Program-made: the position numbers and the translations under genes
Shown here: positions 8,487 through 18,487 of the stretch, piece by piece
Numbering within the stretch: position 1 is the first letter of the stretch
How the letters are laid out: the number at the start of each line of letters is the position of its first letter
The notes under the pieces: model-generated
What the model was told of the DNA's origin: nothing
The model's database searches: none
What the model saw: the letters and a program-made list of their open reading frames with translations, nothing else
Source: Pseudomonas aeruginosa PAO1
Lineage (GTDB): Bacteria > Pseudomonadota > Gammaproteobacteria > Pseudomonadales > Pseudomonadaceae
Assembly (NCBI RefSeq): GCF_000006765.1
Contig: NC_002516.2
Reading direction: 5' to 3' (one strand)
DNA length: 64,000 nucleotides

Positions 8487-8673
8487 GGCGCACCTCCGGG
8501 GAGGTGGTGTTGGTGTCGTGCCGCGAGGGGATGAATGGGGTGGGTTGAAAAACGAATGGCATACGCATTTCCTCAATGGAATACACCGCTACTTTCGGGA
8601 ACGGTTTGCCGCTGGGTGGTATGCGTTCTTAGCGCCGAAGAATGATTATGGAGCGCACCGATAGCGGTCAACG

Positions 8674-8706
8674 GTAGGGCGAATAACTGCAAAGCAGTTA
8701 TCCGCC
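8674..8706 (+). repeat. REP element 1
   Basis: GTAGGGCGAATAAC-TGCAAAGCA-GTTATCCGCC: GTAG tetranucleotide plus imperfect palindrome. Confidence 0.9.
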
Positions 8707-8796
8707 GATTCTCTGAAGCCATTGCTTGTACATCGACTTGACGAAGTTCTTTCAATCCCCCGATGCTCGGGCGTTACAGGAAAATCCTGTGTAGCT

Positions 8797-8826
8797 GCGG
8801 ATAACGCTTCGCGTTATTCGCCCTAC
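8797..8826 (-). repeat. REP element 2 (inverted partner of REP1)
   Basis: Reverse complement reads GTAGGGCGAATAACGCGAAGCGTTATCCGC. Confidence 0.9.
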
Positions 8827-8978
8827 CTCTTCCAGAGAAACATCCGATGCTCCGGTCCGCCCTATCAGGAGGCCGAGCGGAATCGTCGTGTAGGAGGCCG
8901 AATGCAGGGGCAAGCGCTTTGGTTACTTTCTCGGGGCCGGCCATCCTGCGAGGCCGAGAAAAAGACTTGGTAGCCGGG

Positions 8979-9011
8979 GTAGGGCGAATAACGGCACAGC
9001 CGTTATCCGCC
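8979..9011 (+). repeat. REP element 3
   Basis: GTAGGGCGAATAAC-GGCACAGCC-GTTATCCGCC. Confidence 0.9.
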
Positions 9012-9018
9012 AGCAGAC

Positions 9019-9552
9019 TCAAACCCGCTCGGCCGCCCGGACCTCCAAGGAAGGATCACCGGCCCAATCCTCGGGATAAAGCCCATCAGCCACGGCCCGG
9101 TGGAAGGTGGAGAAGGGCCAATCCTTGACCGCCGTAACCAGCCCGTGTTTCACAGGGTTGAGATGGATGTAGTCGAAATGGCGCCGGTAGTCCGTGTCAT
9201 TGCGAATCAGGTGTTCCCAGTAGCGCTGCTGCCAGATGGCGCGTTGTCCTCGCCGCCGTTGCGCGAAGGTACGTGATTCGTGGCAGGGGATGCGCCGTGC
9301 GAAGCCGGACTTGATGACCTTCCAGCGGGTGGCGAAATCGGCGTCGTCGGGCGGCAGGGTCCAGAGGCAATGCATGTGCTCCGGCAGCACGACCCAGGCA
9401 TCGATGCGGAAGGGATGCCGGCGCCTGGTCTGGGCGACCACGCGGCGCAGCAGGTCGATTTCGCGGGTCAGCAGGTTGGAGCGGCGGTCATGCAGGGTGA
9501 CGGTGAAGAAATAGGTGCCGCCGGGGACCCAGGTTCGTCGGTAGCTTGGCAT
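9019..9552 (-). mobile_element. REP-associated tyrosine transposase (RAYT, IS200/IS605-related HUH Y1)
   Basis: 177 aa; GGTYFFTV, PEHMHCLW (HUH), WQQRYWEH and DYIHLNPVKHG (catalytic Tyr); flanked by REPs. Confidence 0.93.
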
Positions 9553-9603
9553 TGGGGATCGTCCGTGTATCCAGAAGGATTTCGGAGCGTACCTTGGCCA
9601 GCT

Positions 9604-9634
9604 GGCGGATAACGCTGCGCGTTATTCGCCCTAC
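9604..9634 (-). repeat. REP element 4 (inverted partner of REP3)
   Basis: Reverse complement reads GTAGGGCGAATAACGCGCAGCGTTATCCGCC. Confidence 0.9.
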
Positions 9635-9809
9635 GGAGATTTCAGATTGAGCGAATGGTTGAGCATGTTTTTATTTCTTGTTTTCTAGGGCTGTTTGACT
9701 CAAATAGTCTGTCGATGGTGTCTTGGGGATAGTGAGCTTGGCACATATCTTCTATTTGATTTGGTGAATTAACTTGCTGAACACCTTGGGTTTTTATTTC
9801 TCTTTAATG

Positions 9810-9836
9810 AAGAACCCCGCACAAGGCGGGGCTCTT
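9810..9836 (-). terminator. Hairpin downstream of nrdB
   Basis: AAGAACCCCGC...GCGGGGCTCTT stem. Confidence 0.55.
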
Positions 9837-9906
9837 TATCTCTACCACTGTCCCGAAATCCCTTTCCGGCGACAGCGTCTAACGGTCTTGACCTAAATCG
9901 AGAATC

Positions 9907-11154
9907 TCAATCCCAGCTCAGTGCTCCGCCCGTCTGGTACTCGATAACCCGCGTCTCGAAGAAGTTCTTCTCCTTCTTCAGGTCCATGATCTCCGACATC
10001 CACGGGAACGGGTTGGTGGTCCCCGGATACTCTTCCTTCAGGCCGATCTGGGTCAGGCGCCGGTTGGCGATGAACTTCAGGTAGTCCTCCATCATCGCCG
10101 CGTTCATGCCCAGCACCCCGCGCGGCATGGTGTCGCGCGCGTATTCGATCTCCAGCTGGGTGCCCTGGAGGATCATCTGGGTCGCCTCGTCCTTCATCTG
10201 GGCGTCCCACAGGTGCGGGTTCTCGATCTTGATCTGGTTGATCACGTCGATACCGAAGTTCAGGTGCATCGACTCGTCGCGGAGGATGTACTGGAACTGC
10301 TCGGCGGTGCCGGTCATCTTGTTGCGGCGGCCCATGGAGAGGATCTGGGTGAAGCCGCAGTAGAAGAAGATGCCTTCCAGCACGCAGTAGTAGGCGATCA
10401 GGTTGCGCAGGAACTGGCGGTCGGTTTCCGGGGTGCCGGTCTGGAACATCGGGTCGGAGATCGAGCGGGTGTACTTCAGGCCCCAGGAGGCCTTCTTCGC
10501 CACGCTGGGGATCTCGTGGTACATGTTGAAGATCTCGCCCTCGTCCATGCCCAGCGACTCGATGCAGTACTGGTAGGCGTGGGTGTGGATCGCCTCTTCG
10601 AAGGCCTGGCGCAGGATGTACTGGCGGCACTCGGGGTTGGTGATCAGGCGGTACACGGCCAGCACCAGGTTGTTGGCGACCAGCGAGTCGGCGGTGGAGA
10701 AGAAGCCGAGGTTGCGCATGACGATGCGCCGCTCGTCTTCGCTGAGGCCGTCCTTGCTCTTCCACAGGGCGATGTCGGCGTTCATGTTGACTTCCTGCGG
10801 CATCCAGTGGTTGGCGCAACCATCCAGATACTTCTGCCAGGCCCAGTCGTACTTGAAGGGAACGAGCTGGTTGAGGTCGGCACGGGCGTTGATCATCTGC
10901 TTGTCGCCGACCTGCACGCGCGCGGCGGAGCCTTCGAGGTCGTCCAAGCCTTCCTGGATGTCGAGGTCGTTCAGGGCCTTCTTGGCGCGGGCGACAGCGT
11001 CGGAGTCGTCGGCGGAAACGGCGCGCGCTTCTTCCACCGAGCCGGCGGCTTCGTCGTCCAGCTTGTCATGGCCCTGGGCAACGGCCTGGGCGGCGGCGGG
11101 CGCGGCCTTGGCTTCGGTCGGGTCTTCTTTGTCGAATTCGTCCCAGCTCAGCAT
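9907..11154 (-). CDS. nrdB: Class Ia ribonucleotide reductase beta subunit
   Basis: Start MLSWDEFDK at 11154; [23 protein letters not shown] and [10 protein letters not shown] motifs. Confidence 0.97.
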   Translation of the reverse strand: MLSWDEFDKEDPTEAKAAPAAAQAVAQGHDKLDDEAAGSVEEARAVSADDSDAVARAKKALNDLDIQEGLDDLEGSAARVQVGDKQMINARADLNQLVPFKYDWAWQKYLDGCANHWMPQEVNMNADIALWKSKDGLSEDERRIVMRNLGFFSTADSLVANNLVLAVYRLITNPECRQYILRQAFEEAIHTHAYQYCIESLGMDEGEIFNMYHEIPSVAKKASWGLKYTRSISDPMFQTGTPETDRQFLRNLIAYYCVLEGIFFYCGFTQILSMGRRNKMTGTAEQFQYILRDESMHLNFGIDVINQIKIENPHLWDAQMKDEATQMILQGTQLEIEYARDTMPRGVLGMNAAMMEDYLKFIANRRLTQIGLKEEYPGTTNPFPWMSEIMDLKKEKNFFETRVIEYQTGGALSWD

Positions 11155-11417
11155 CTTGCTCTCTCCTGGTCTGGCGGCCGTCTCGGCGGCCTGGATATGG
11201 GGCGTGAGGTGCACGCGAAAGCGGTGGTCCGGCACGGTCTGGCCGGGCCGTTCTTCTCCCCCGGAGGGAAGAAGGGGATTGTTCCTGGCCCTGGCGAGGG
11301 GCCTTGCGCTGCCAGCGTGGCGCTGGACGAGCGACCGTCAGGCGCCGGGCAGGCCGAACCCACGCGAGGAGTCCGGCTTGCCCGGCCGCGACACGGACGC
11401 CGTTCAGCGACGCGCGA

Positions 11418-14309
11418 TCACTGGCAGGCTTCGCAGTCGGGGTTATCGATGCTGCACGCCTGCGGCACCGGCGCCGGCTTCGGCTCGGCGGCCGGGGCGG
11501 CTTGCAGGCCGTCGTTGCCACCGGCCGACACGGCGTTGAGCTTGCCGGTGTTGATGGTGGACTTCTCGGTGCTGGTGGCGGCCAGGGCACGGAGGTAGTA
11601 GGTGGTCTTCAGGCCGCGGAACCAGGCCATGCGGTAGGTCACGTCGAGCTTCTTGCCCGAGGCGCCGGCGATGTACAGGTTCAGCGACTGGGCCTGGTCG
11701 ATCCACTTCTGGCGACGGCTGGCGGCTTCGACGATCCAGCGGGTCTCGACTTCGAACGCGGTGGCGTAGAGGTCCTTGAGGTCCTGCGGGATGCGCTCGA
11801 TCTGCTGCACGGAACCGTCGTAGTACTTCAGGTCGTTGACCATGACCGGGTCCCACAGGCCGCGGGCCTTGAGGTCGCGCACCAGGTAGGGGTTGATCAC
11901 GGTGAACTCGCCGGAGAGGTTCGACTTCACGTACAGGTTCTGGTAGGTCGGCTCGATCGACTGCGAGACGCCGGTGATGTTGGCGATGGTCGCGGTCGGC
12001 GCGATGGCCATGATGTTCGAGTTGCGGATGCCTTTCTGTACGCGCTCGCGCAGCGGCGCCCAGTCGAGGGTTTCCGACAGGTCGACTTCGATGTACTTGG
12101 CGCCGCGCTCTTCGATCAGCTTCTTCTCCGAGTCGATCGGCAGGATGCCTTGCGACCACAGCGAGCCCTGGAAGGTTTGGTAGGCGCCGCGCTCGTCGGC
12201 CAGGTCGCAGGAAGCCTGGATCGCGTAGTAGCTGATGGCTTCCATGGACTGGTCGGCGAAGGCGATGGCCGCGTCCGAACCGTAGGGGATGTGCTGCAGG
12301 TACAGGGCGTCCTGGAAGCCCATGATGCCCAGGCCGACCGGACGGTGCTTGAAGTTGGAGTTCTGCGCCTGCGGGACCGAGTAGTAGTTGATGTCGATGA
12401 CGTTATCGAGCATGCGTACCGCGGTCTTGACGGTCTTCTCCAGCTTGGCGGTGTCCAGCTTGCCGTCGACGATGTGGTTGACCAGGTTGATCGAGCCCAG
12501 GTTGCAGACGGCGATCTCGTCCTTGTTGGTGTTCAGGGTGATCTCGGTGCAGAGGTTCGAGCTGTGCACCACGCCCACGTGCTGCTGCGGGCTGCGCAGG
12601 TTGCACGGGTCCTTGAAGGTCAGCCATGGGTGGCCGGTCTCGAACAGCATGGAGAGCATCTTGCGCCACAGGTCCTTGGCCTGGACGACCTTGTGCAGCT
12701 TCAGCTTGCCGTAGCTGGCCAGGGCCTCGTAGTACTCGTAGCGCTCCTCGAAGGCCTTGCCGTAGAGGTCGTGCAGGTCGGGGACGTCGGACGGCGAGAA
12801 GAGGGTCCAGGAGCCGTCGTCGAAGACGCGCTTCATGAACAGGTCGGGGATCCAGTTGGCGGTGTTCATGTCGTGGGTACGACGACGGTCGTCACCGGTG
12901 TTCTTGCGCAGCTCGAGGAATTCCTCGATGTCCAGGTGCCAGGTTTCCAGGTAGGCGCAGACCGCGCCCTTGCGCTTGCCGCCCTGGTTGACCGCGACCG
13001 CGGTGTCATTGACCACTTTCAGGAAGGGCACGACGCCCTGGGACTTGCCGTTGGTGCCCTTGATGTAGGAGCCCAGCGCGCGCACCGGGGTCCAGTCGTT
13101 GCCCAGGCCGCCGGCGAATTTCGACAGCATGGCGTTGTCGTGGATGGCGCCGTAGATGCCCGACAGGTCGTCCGGCACGGTGGTCAGGTAGCAGCTGGAG
13201 AGCTGCGGACGCAGGGTGCCGGCGTTGAACAGGGTGGGGGTGGAACTCATGTAGTCGAAGGACGACAGCAGGTTGTAGAACTCGATGGCACGTGCCTCGC
13301 GGTCCTTCTCCTCGATGGCCAGGCCCATGGCCACGCGCATGAAGAAGATCTGCGGCAGTTCGAAGCGGATGCCGTCCTTGTGGATGAAGTAGCGGTCGTA
13401 CAGGGTCTGCAGGCCGAGGTAGGTGAACTGCTGGTCGCGCTCGTGATCGATGGCCTTGCCCAGTTTCTCCAGGTCGAATTCCTTCAGCTTGGCATCGACC
13501 AGCTCGAACTCGGCGCCTTTCTCGATGTAGGCCGGCAGGGCCTTGGCGTACAGCTCGGCCATCTCGTGATGGGTGGCGCTCTCGGCCACGCCGAGGAAGC
13601 CCAGGGCTTCGGCGCGCAGGGTGTCCATCAGCAGGCGGGCGGTGACGTAGGAGTAGTTCGGCTCGCGCTCGACCAGGGTGCGCGCGGTCATCACCAGGGC
13701 GGTGTTGACGTCCTTCTCGGCGACGCCGTCGTAGAGGTTCTTCAGGGTCTCGCGCTCGATCAGCGCGCCGTCCACCTCGGCCAGGCCTTCGCAGGCTTCG
13801 CTGATGATGGTGTTCAGGCGGCCCATGTCCAGCGGCGACAGGCTGCCGTCGGCGCGGGTGATGCGGATGCTCGGGTGCGGCTGGGCGACGTCGCTGGCGG
13901 CGCCGGCGTTCTTGCGCTCGGCGGCGCGGGCTTCGCGGTAGATCACGTAGTCGCGGGCGACCTTCTGCTCGCCGGCGCGCATCAGGGCCAGTTCGACCTG
14001 GTCCTGGATCTCTTCGATGTGGATGGTGCCGCCGGACGGCATGCGGCGCTTGAAGGTGGCGGTGACCTGCTCGGTCAGGCGGCGCACGGTGTCATGGATA
14101 CGCGACGAGGCGGCGGCGGTGCCGCCTTCCACGGCGAGGAACGCCTTGGTGATGGCGACGGTGATCTTGTCATCGGTGTAGGGGACTACGGTGCCGTTGC
14201 GCTTGATCACGCGTAGCTGGCCCGGCGCGGTGGCGGCCAGATCCTGCGACGAATCGGCGGCCTGCGGCGCGCTGGCCTGCGGGTTCTCGCGTGTGGTGTC
14301 GGTATGCAT
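11418..14309 (-). CDS. nrdA: Class Ia ribonucleotide reductase alpha subunit (two ATP-cone regions)
   Basis: Start MHTDTT at 14309; VIKRNG ATP cone, STPTLFNAG, SNLCTEI, APTATIA, C-terminal CxxC. Confidence 0.97.
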   Translation of the reverse strand: MHTDTTRENPQASAPQAADSSQDLAATAPGQLRVIKRNGTVVPYTDDKITVAITKAFLAVEGGTAAASSRIHDTVRRLTEQVTATFKRRMPSGGTIHIEEIQDQVELALMRAGEQKVARDYVIYREARAAERKNAGAASDVAQPHPSIRITRADGSLSPLDMGRLNTIISEACEGLAEVDGALIERETLKNLYDGVAEKDVNTALVMTARTLVEREPNYSYVTARLLMDTLRAEALGFLGVAESATHHEMAELYAKALPAYIEKGAEFELVDAKLKEFDLEKLGKAIDHERDQQFTYLGLQTLYDRYFIHKDGIRFELPQIFFMRVAMGLAIEEKDREARAIEFYNLLSSFDYMSSTPTLFNAGTLRPQLSSCYLTTVPDDLSGIYGAIHDNAMLSKFAGGLGNDWTPVRALGSYIKGTNGKSQGVVPFLKVVNDTAVAVNQGGKRKGAVCAYLETWHLDIEEFLELRKNTGDDRRRTHDMNTANWIPDLFMKRVFDDGSWTLFSPSDVPDLHDLYGKAFEERYEYYEALASYGKLKLHKVVQAKDLWRKMLSMLFETGHPWLTFKDPCNLRSPQQHVGVVHSSNLCTEITLNTNKDEIAVCNLGSINLVNHIVDGKLDTAKLEKTVKTAVRMLDNVIDINYYSVPQAQNSNFKHRPVGLGIMGFQDALYLQHIPYGSDAAIAFADQSMEAISYYAIQASCDLADERGAYQTFQGSLWSQGILPIDSEKKLIEERGAKYIEVDLSETLDWAPLRERVQKGIRNSNIMAIAPTATIANITGVSQSIEPTYQNLYVKSNLSGEFTVINPYLVRDLKARGLWDPVMVNDLKYYDGSVQQIERIPQDLKDLYATAFEVETRWIVEAASRRQKWIDQAQSLNLYIAGASGKKLDVTYRMAWFRGLKTTYYLRALAATSTEKSTINTGKLNAVSAGGNDGLQAAPAAEPKPAPVPQACSIDNPDCEACQ

Positions 14310-14691
14310 GGGTGGGTATCTCCACGTTCTCGTAATGGTTTTGCTAGCGGGCGCCGGGGCGCCCATTCCCTTGAATCGATAAAGAGCCGGGCAGCCGGCC
14401 TCGCGGCGGCTGCTTCATTCGAATGCTGAGGGTGGGGACTGTGAGTGCCTCCCTGGCCCTGGCGGGTTCGTGGCGTTTTGCCGTCGAACACAATACCTAG
14501 TGGTGTTGACTGTCTGTTTACAGCGTCCGTTGCAACACCCGTACCGCTTTTCCAACGTCATGAAGGGCTCCTTGCGATGAGCGCCGTCGATGCTTTCAGT
14601 ACGTCTGGAAAATGCTTTTTTGCGGAGCCGCCGGAGCCATCAGAGTGGTCCGTGCGCGGTTGGTTCCGTTGTAGCCGTTCGTGCGCTCGAA

Positions 14692-14738
14692 ACCCAAGAT
14701 ATAGGGGGTGGCGACGATGGGGATACAAGATAATGCGC
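14692..14738. promoter_or_regulatory. Tandem NrdR boxes upstream of nrdA
   Basis: ACCCAAGATATAGGGG (14692-14707) and ATACAAGATAATGCGC (14723-14738), 31 bp apart, resembling the NrdR consensus. Confidence 0.65.
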
Positions 14739-14776
14739 TAATGGGGTGTTTGCAAGGTGACAGTCTGGGGGAAACC

Positions 14777-14785
14777 TGTGGATAA
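14777..14785 (-). promoter_or_regulatory. DnaA box
   Basis: TGTGGATAA, the reverse complement of the perfect TTATCCACA, upstream of nrdA. Confidence 0.55.
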
Positions 14786-15041
14786 AGTGTGGGTCTTCTG
14801 TGCGTGAGTCCTAGGAAGCGTCCGTAGGCCGCGGCAGCGCTGGAGAATGCCATTCGTCGCCCTCGGAAAGCACCGGCGCAGACCTACTCCCCAACCTTTC
14901 GGGGCGCGCACCCTACCCACAATATGTAGTGTTTGCAAGATGTTCCTCGCGTGCTGCCGCGCGGCCCCCGTATTGGCTACAATGCGGGCCGCTCTGAGGG
15001 GGCCGCACGGCGGCTCCGGGACCGCGATACGAGGAGGCTGT

Positions 15042-15752
15042 GTGGAGCAAGAAGCCTGGCGCATCCTGATCGTCGAGGACGATCGACGCCTGGCCGAGCT
15101 GACCCGGGAATACCTGGAAGGCAACGGCCTGAAGGTCGACATCGAAGCCAACGGCGCACTGGCGGCGGCGCGTATCCTCGCCGAACGCCCGGACCTGGTG
15201 GTGCTCGACCTGATGCTGCCGGGCGAGGACGGCCTGTCCATCTGCCGCCAGGTGCGCCCGCAGTTCGACGGTCCGATCCTGATGCTCACCGCGCGCACCG
15301 ACGATATGGACGAGGTACTCGGCCTGGAGATGGGCGCCGACGACTACGTGTGCAAGCCGGTGCGCCCGCGTGTGCTGCTGGCGCGCATCCGTGCCCTGTT
15401 GCGGCGCAGCGAGGCGCCGGAAGCGGGCGCCCCGGCGGCGGACAGCAAACGCCTGGCGTTCGGTCGCCTGGTGATCGACAACGCGATGCGCGAGGCCTGG
15501 CTGGACGGGACCACCATCGAGCTGACCAGCGCCGAATTCGACCTGCTCTGGCTGCTGGCGGCGAACGCCGGGCGCATTCTCTCCCGCGAGGAGATCTTCA
15601 ACGCCCTGCGCGGCATCGAGTACGACGGCCAGGACCGCTCCATCGACGTGCGCATCTCGCGGATTCGCCCGAAGATCGGCGACGACCCGATGCACCCGCG
15701 GCTGATCAAGACCGTGCGCAGCAAGGGCTACCTGTTCGTCGGCGAGGGCTGA
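15042..15752 (+). CDS. OmpR-family response regulator (RstA-like)
   Basis: GTG start after GAGGAGG; receiver (ILIVEDD, LDLMLPG, GADDYVCKP) plus winged helix. Confidence 0.93.
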   Translation: MEQEAWRILIVEDDRRLAELTREYLEGNGLKVDIEANGALAAARILAERPDLVVLDLMLPGEDGLSICRQVRPQFDGPILMLTARTDDMDEVLGLEMGADDYVCKPVRPRVLLARIRALLRRSEAPEAGAPAADSKRLAFGRLVIDNAMREAWLDGTTIELTSAEFDLLWLLAANAGRILSREEIFNALRGIEYDGQDRSIDVRISRIRPKIGDDPMHPRLIKTVRSKGYLFVGEG

Positions 15753-15835
15753 GGCGCTTTTTTCCTGCGGGCCGGGGCGCGGGCGTCCCGGTCGGCCAGA
15801 ATCAACAGCAGCGGACAACGGCCGGGGGCTCGCCG

Positions 15836-17452
15836 ATGAAATCCATCTTCCTGCGCATCTATGGCGGCATGCTCCTGGCCCTGCTGCTGGTCAGCGGCCT
15901 GGGCTTGCTCGGCCTGCACTGGATCAACGAGGTGCGCGGCGAGCACTACCGCGAGGAACTGGCGCGCGGCACCTTCCGCCTGATGGCCGACAACCTGCAA
16001 CCGATGACCGCCACCGAGCGCAAGCGCGCCCTGGCGCAGTGGAGCCGCTTGCTGGGGATTCCCCTGCAACTGCGCGGGCTGGATGAGCTGCGGATGGATG
16101 GACGCAGCCGCGCGCGCCTGATGAACGGCCAGGTGCTGGTGAAGCAGACCGCCGAGCACGCCGTCACCGTCTATACCCAGGCCAGCGCCGCCGAGAACCT
16201 GGTGCTCAGCGGCGAGGTGCAGCAGGTCAGCGAGCAACTGGCGCGGGCCACGGTGTACCTGCTGATGGACGAACTGGTGCGCTACCCGGCCAGCGAACAG
16301 CCTTACCACCTGGCGCGGATCGTCCGCGACAAGCGCTTCGGCTTCCCGGTGCACCTGCTCCAGGTCAAGGAGCTGGACCTCGACGACGACCAGCGCCGGC
16401 GGGTGGTGGAGGGCGACACGGTGATGGCGCTGGGCAAGGACGGCGACTCGATCCGCATCTTCGCCGGCATCCTCGACACGCCCTGGGTGCTGGAGCTGGG
16501 CCCGCTGTTCCAGATGAACCCCTATCCGCCGCAGCTGCTGTTGCTGCTCGGCGCGCTGTGCCTGAGCTTCATCGGCCTGATCACCTACCTGCTGGTGCGT
16601 CGTCTGGAGCAGCGCCTGCGCAGCCTGGAGGCGGCCGCCACGCGGATCGCCCGCGGCAGCCTGGATACTCGCGTCGAGGTGCGCGGAGGCGACTCGGTGG
16701 GACGCCTGGGCGCGGCCTTCAACCATATGGCCGAGCACATCCACCGGCTGCTGACGGTGCAGCGCGAGATGGTTCGCGCGGTGTCCCACGAGCTGCGCAC
16801 GCCGGTGGCGCGGTTGCGCTTCGGCCTGGAGATGATCGAGACCGCCGAGACCGACGGCGCCCGCCTGAAGTATCTGGAGGGCATGGATAACGATATCCAG
16901 GACCTCGACAAGCTGGTCGACGAGATGCTCACCTACGCGCGCCTGGAACAGGGCTCGCCGCCGCTGACCTACCAGCGCCTGGAGCTGGGCGTGCTGGTGC
17001 GCCAGGTGGTGGAGGAGATCGCTCCGCTGCGCCGCGAGGTGCTGGTCAGTTGCGAGGAGGGCGCGCTGGTGCCTGAGGAGCTGGGCAGTTGGATCGAGGC
17101 CGAGCCGCGCTACCTGCATCGGGCCTTGCAGAACCTGCTGACCAATGCGCTGCGGCATGCCGATCGTCGGGTCAGGATCAGCTACCGGGTCAGCCTGGAG
17201 CGTTGCCGGGTGGATGTCGAGGACGACGGGCCGGGGGTGCCGGAGGCGCAATGGGAGCGGCTCTTTACGCCATTCCTACGCCTGGACGATAGCCGGACCC
17301 GTGCTTCCGGCGGGCATGGCCTGGGACTGTCCATCGTCCGGCGGATCGTCTACTGGCATGGCGGCCGGGCTTCCATCGGCCGCAGCGAGACTCTGGGCGG
17401 CGCCTGCTTCACCCTGGCCTGGCCGCGCAAGGCGGGTCTGCGCGACCGCTGA
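15836..17452 (+). CDS. Sensor histidine kinase (RstB-like, HAMP-HisKA-HATPase)
   Basis: Start MKSIFLRIY; SHELRTP, NLLTNA, VEDDGPG and GLGLSIV boxes. Confidence 0.93.
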   Translation: MKSIFLRIYGGMLLALLLVSGLGLLGLHWINEVRGEHYREELARGTFRLMADNLQPMTATERKRALAQWSRLLGIPLQLRGLDELRMDGRSRARLMNGQVLVKQTAEHAVTVYTQASAAENLVLSGEVQQVSEQLARATVYLLMDELVRYPASEQPYHLARIVRDKRFGFPVHLLQVKELDLDDDQRRRVVEGDTVMALGKDGDSIRIFAGILDTPWVLELGPLFQMNPYPPQLLLLLGALCLSFIGLITYLLVRRLEQRLRSLEAAATRIARGSLDTRVEVRGGDSVGRLGAAFNHMAEHIHRLLTVQREMVRAVSHELRTPVARLRFGLEMIETAETDGARLKYLEGMDNDIQDLDKLVDEMLTYARLEQGSPPLTYQRLELGVLVRQVVEEIAPLRREVLVSCEEGALVPEELGSWIEAEPRYLHRALQNLLTNALRHADRRVRISYRVSLERCRVDVEDDGPGVPEAQWERLFTPFLRLDDSRTRASGGHGLGLSIVRRIVYWHGGRASIGRSETLGGACFTLAWPRKAGLRDR

Positions 17453-17771
17453 AAAGCCGACGGAAATATGGCGGCTAGCTATCTGCAAGTGCATGCGCAG
17501 ACGTATTCCAGGCGTAGCGAAAACATATCGAAAGGCCAGTCCCGCCGGGCGTGGCGAGTATTCCGCCAGGGGCTAAAAAAGTCCTTTTCAGTTGGACTCG
17601 TTTGTTTATACTCCGGGACGCGGTGGCTAGTGGAACGCCATTCGAAATGCCCGCTCCAACGGCATTTTGCCGGGGTCGGATAACAAGAACAGCGTTGCGC
17701 AGCCGAACCGTCGAAGTCTTCCCGGATTGGGAAGGCCACTTATAAAAAATTGCAAGTTGGAGAGTGTGGTA

Positions 17772-17981
17772 ATGGCTGATCGTGAGGTCGGAACCGTCAA
17801 GTGGTTCAATGACGCCAAAGGTTATGGATTCATTCAACGCGATAGCGGTCCGGACGTGTTCGTTCACTACCGCGCCATCCGCGGCGAGGGTCACCGCTCC
17901 CTGGTGGAAGGCCAGAAAGTGGAATTCTCGGTGATCCAGGGCCAGAAAGGCCTGCAAGCGGAAGACGTCTCCAAGGTCTGA
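17772..17981 (+). CDS. Cold-shock protein
   Basis: 69 aa [21 protein letters not shown]...DVFVHY with RNP1/RNP2. Confidence 0.95.
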   Translation: MADREVGTVKWFNDAKGYGFIQRDSGPDVFVHYRAIRGEGHRSLVEGQKVEFSVIQGQKGLQAEDVSKV

Positions 17982-17991
17982 TTCCCGCAAG

Positions 17992-18019
17992 CAAAAGCCC
18001 GTCGCGAGACGGGCTTTTG
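17992..18019. terminator. Bidirectional intrinsic terminator
   Basis: CAAAAGCCCGTC-GCGA-GACGGGCTTTTG between convergent genes. Confidence 0.8.
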
Positions 18020-18086
18020 TCATCCAGCGCCTCCACCCCGCCAGGCCCCCGTTGGGCGGCCCCTCGCAGCGCGGGGTTTTCGTCGT

Positions 18087-18470
18087 TCAGGCGGTGCGCC
18101 AGGTAATTTCCTCGACGCCCCCGGCGTCGACCCGCAGCCAGCGGTCGGCGTCCTCTTCGCCCTGGTTTTCCTCCCAGCCGCCCGGCGCGCAGCGGATCTC
18201 CACGCCGAGCGCGGCATGCGCGGCCCTGGCGCAGGCGAGGTCGTCGTCCCAGGGCGTGCTGTCGCTCTCCAAGAACAGGCTGTGCCACTTGCCCACCGCC
18301 TTCGGCAGCCAGGTGACGCGCACCGCGCCGTGCTCGCCGCGGGCGGTGCACTTGAGGGTCTGGCCGTGCTCCTGCCATGGGCCGCAGGGCCCCAGCGCCT
18401 GTTCCAGCCAGGCGGCGACGGCCGCGTGCTCGGCGTCTTTCAGGTAGATCTCGATATCCGGTTGGCGCAT
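18087..18470 (-). CDS. Conserved hypothetical protein
   Basis: MRQPDIEIYLKD..., 127 aa, directly downstream of rlmA on the same strand. Confidence 0.8.
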   Translation of the reverse strand: MRQPDIEIYLKDAEHAAVAAWLEQALGPCGPWQEHGQTLKCTARGEHGAVRVTWLPKAVGKWHSLFLESDSTPWDDDLACARAAHAALGVEIRCAPGGWEENQGEEDADRWLRVDAGGVEEITWRTA

Positions 18471-18487
18471 GGGGTCCTCGGGGACGG

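Noticed and set aside
7932-9552. Prophage or composite transposon
   Set aside because: No integrase, structural genes, terminal inverted repeats or target-site duplication seen; only a solo BRO-N gene and a RAYT.
8674-9634. CRISPR array
   Set aside because: The repeats alternate in orientation, have irregular spacing, carry GTAG ends and flank a RAYT; no cas genes. They are REPs.
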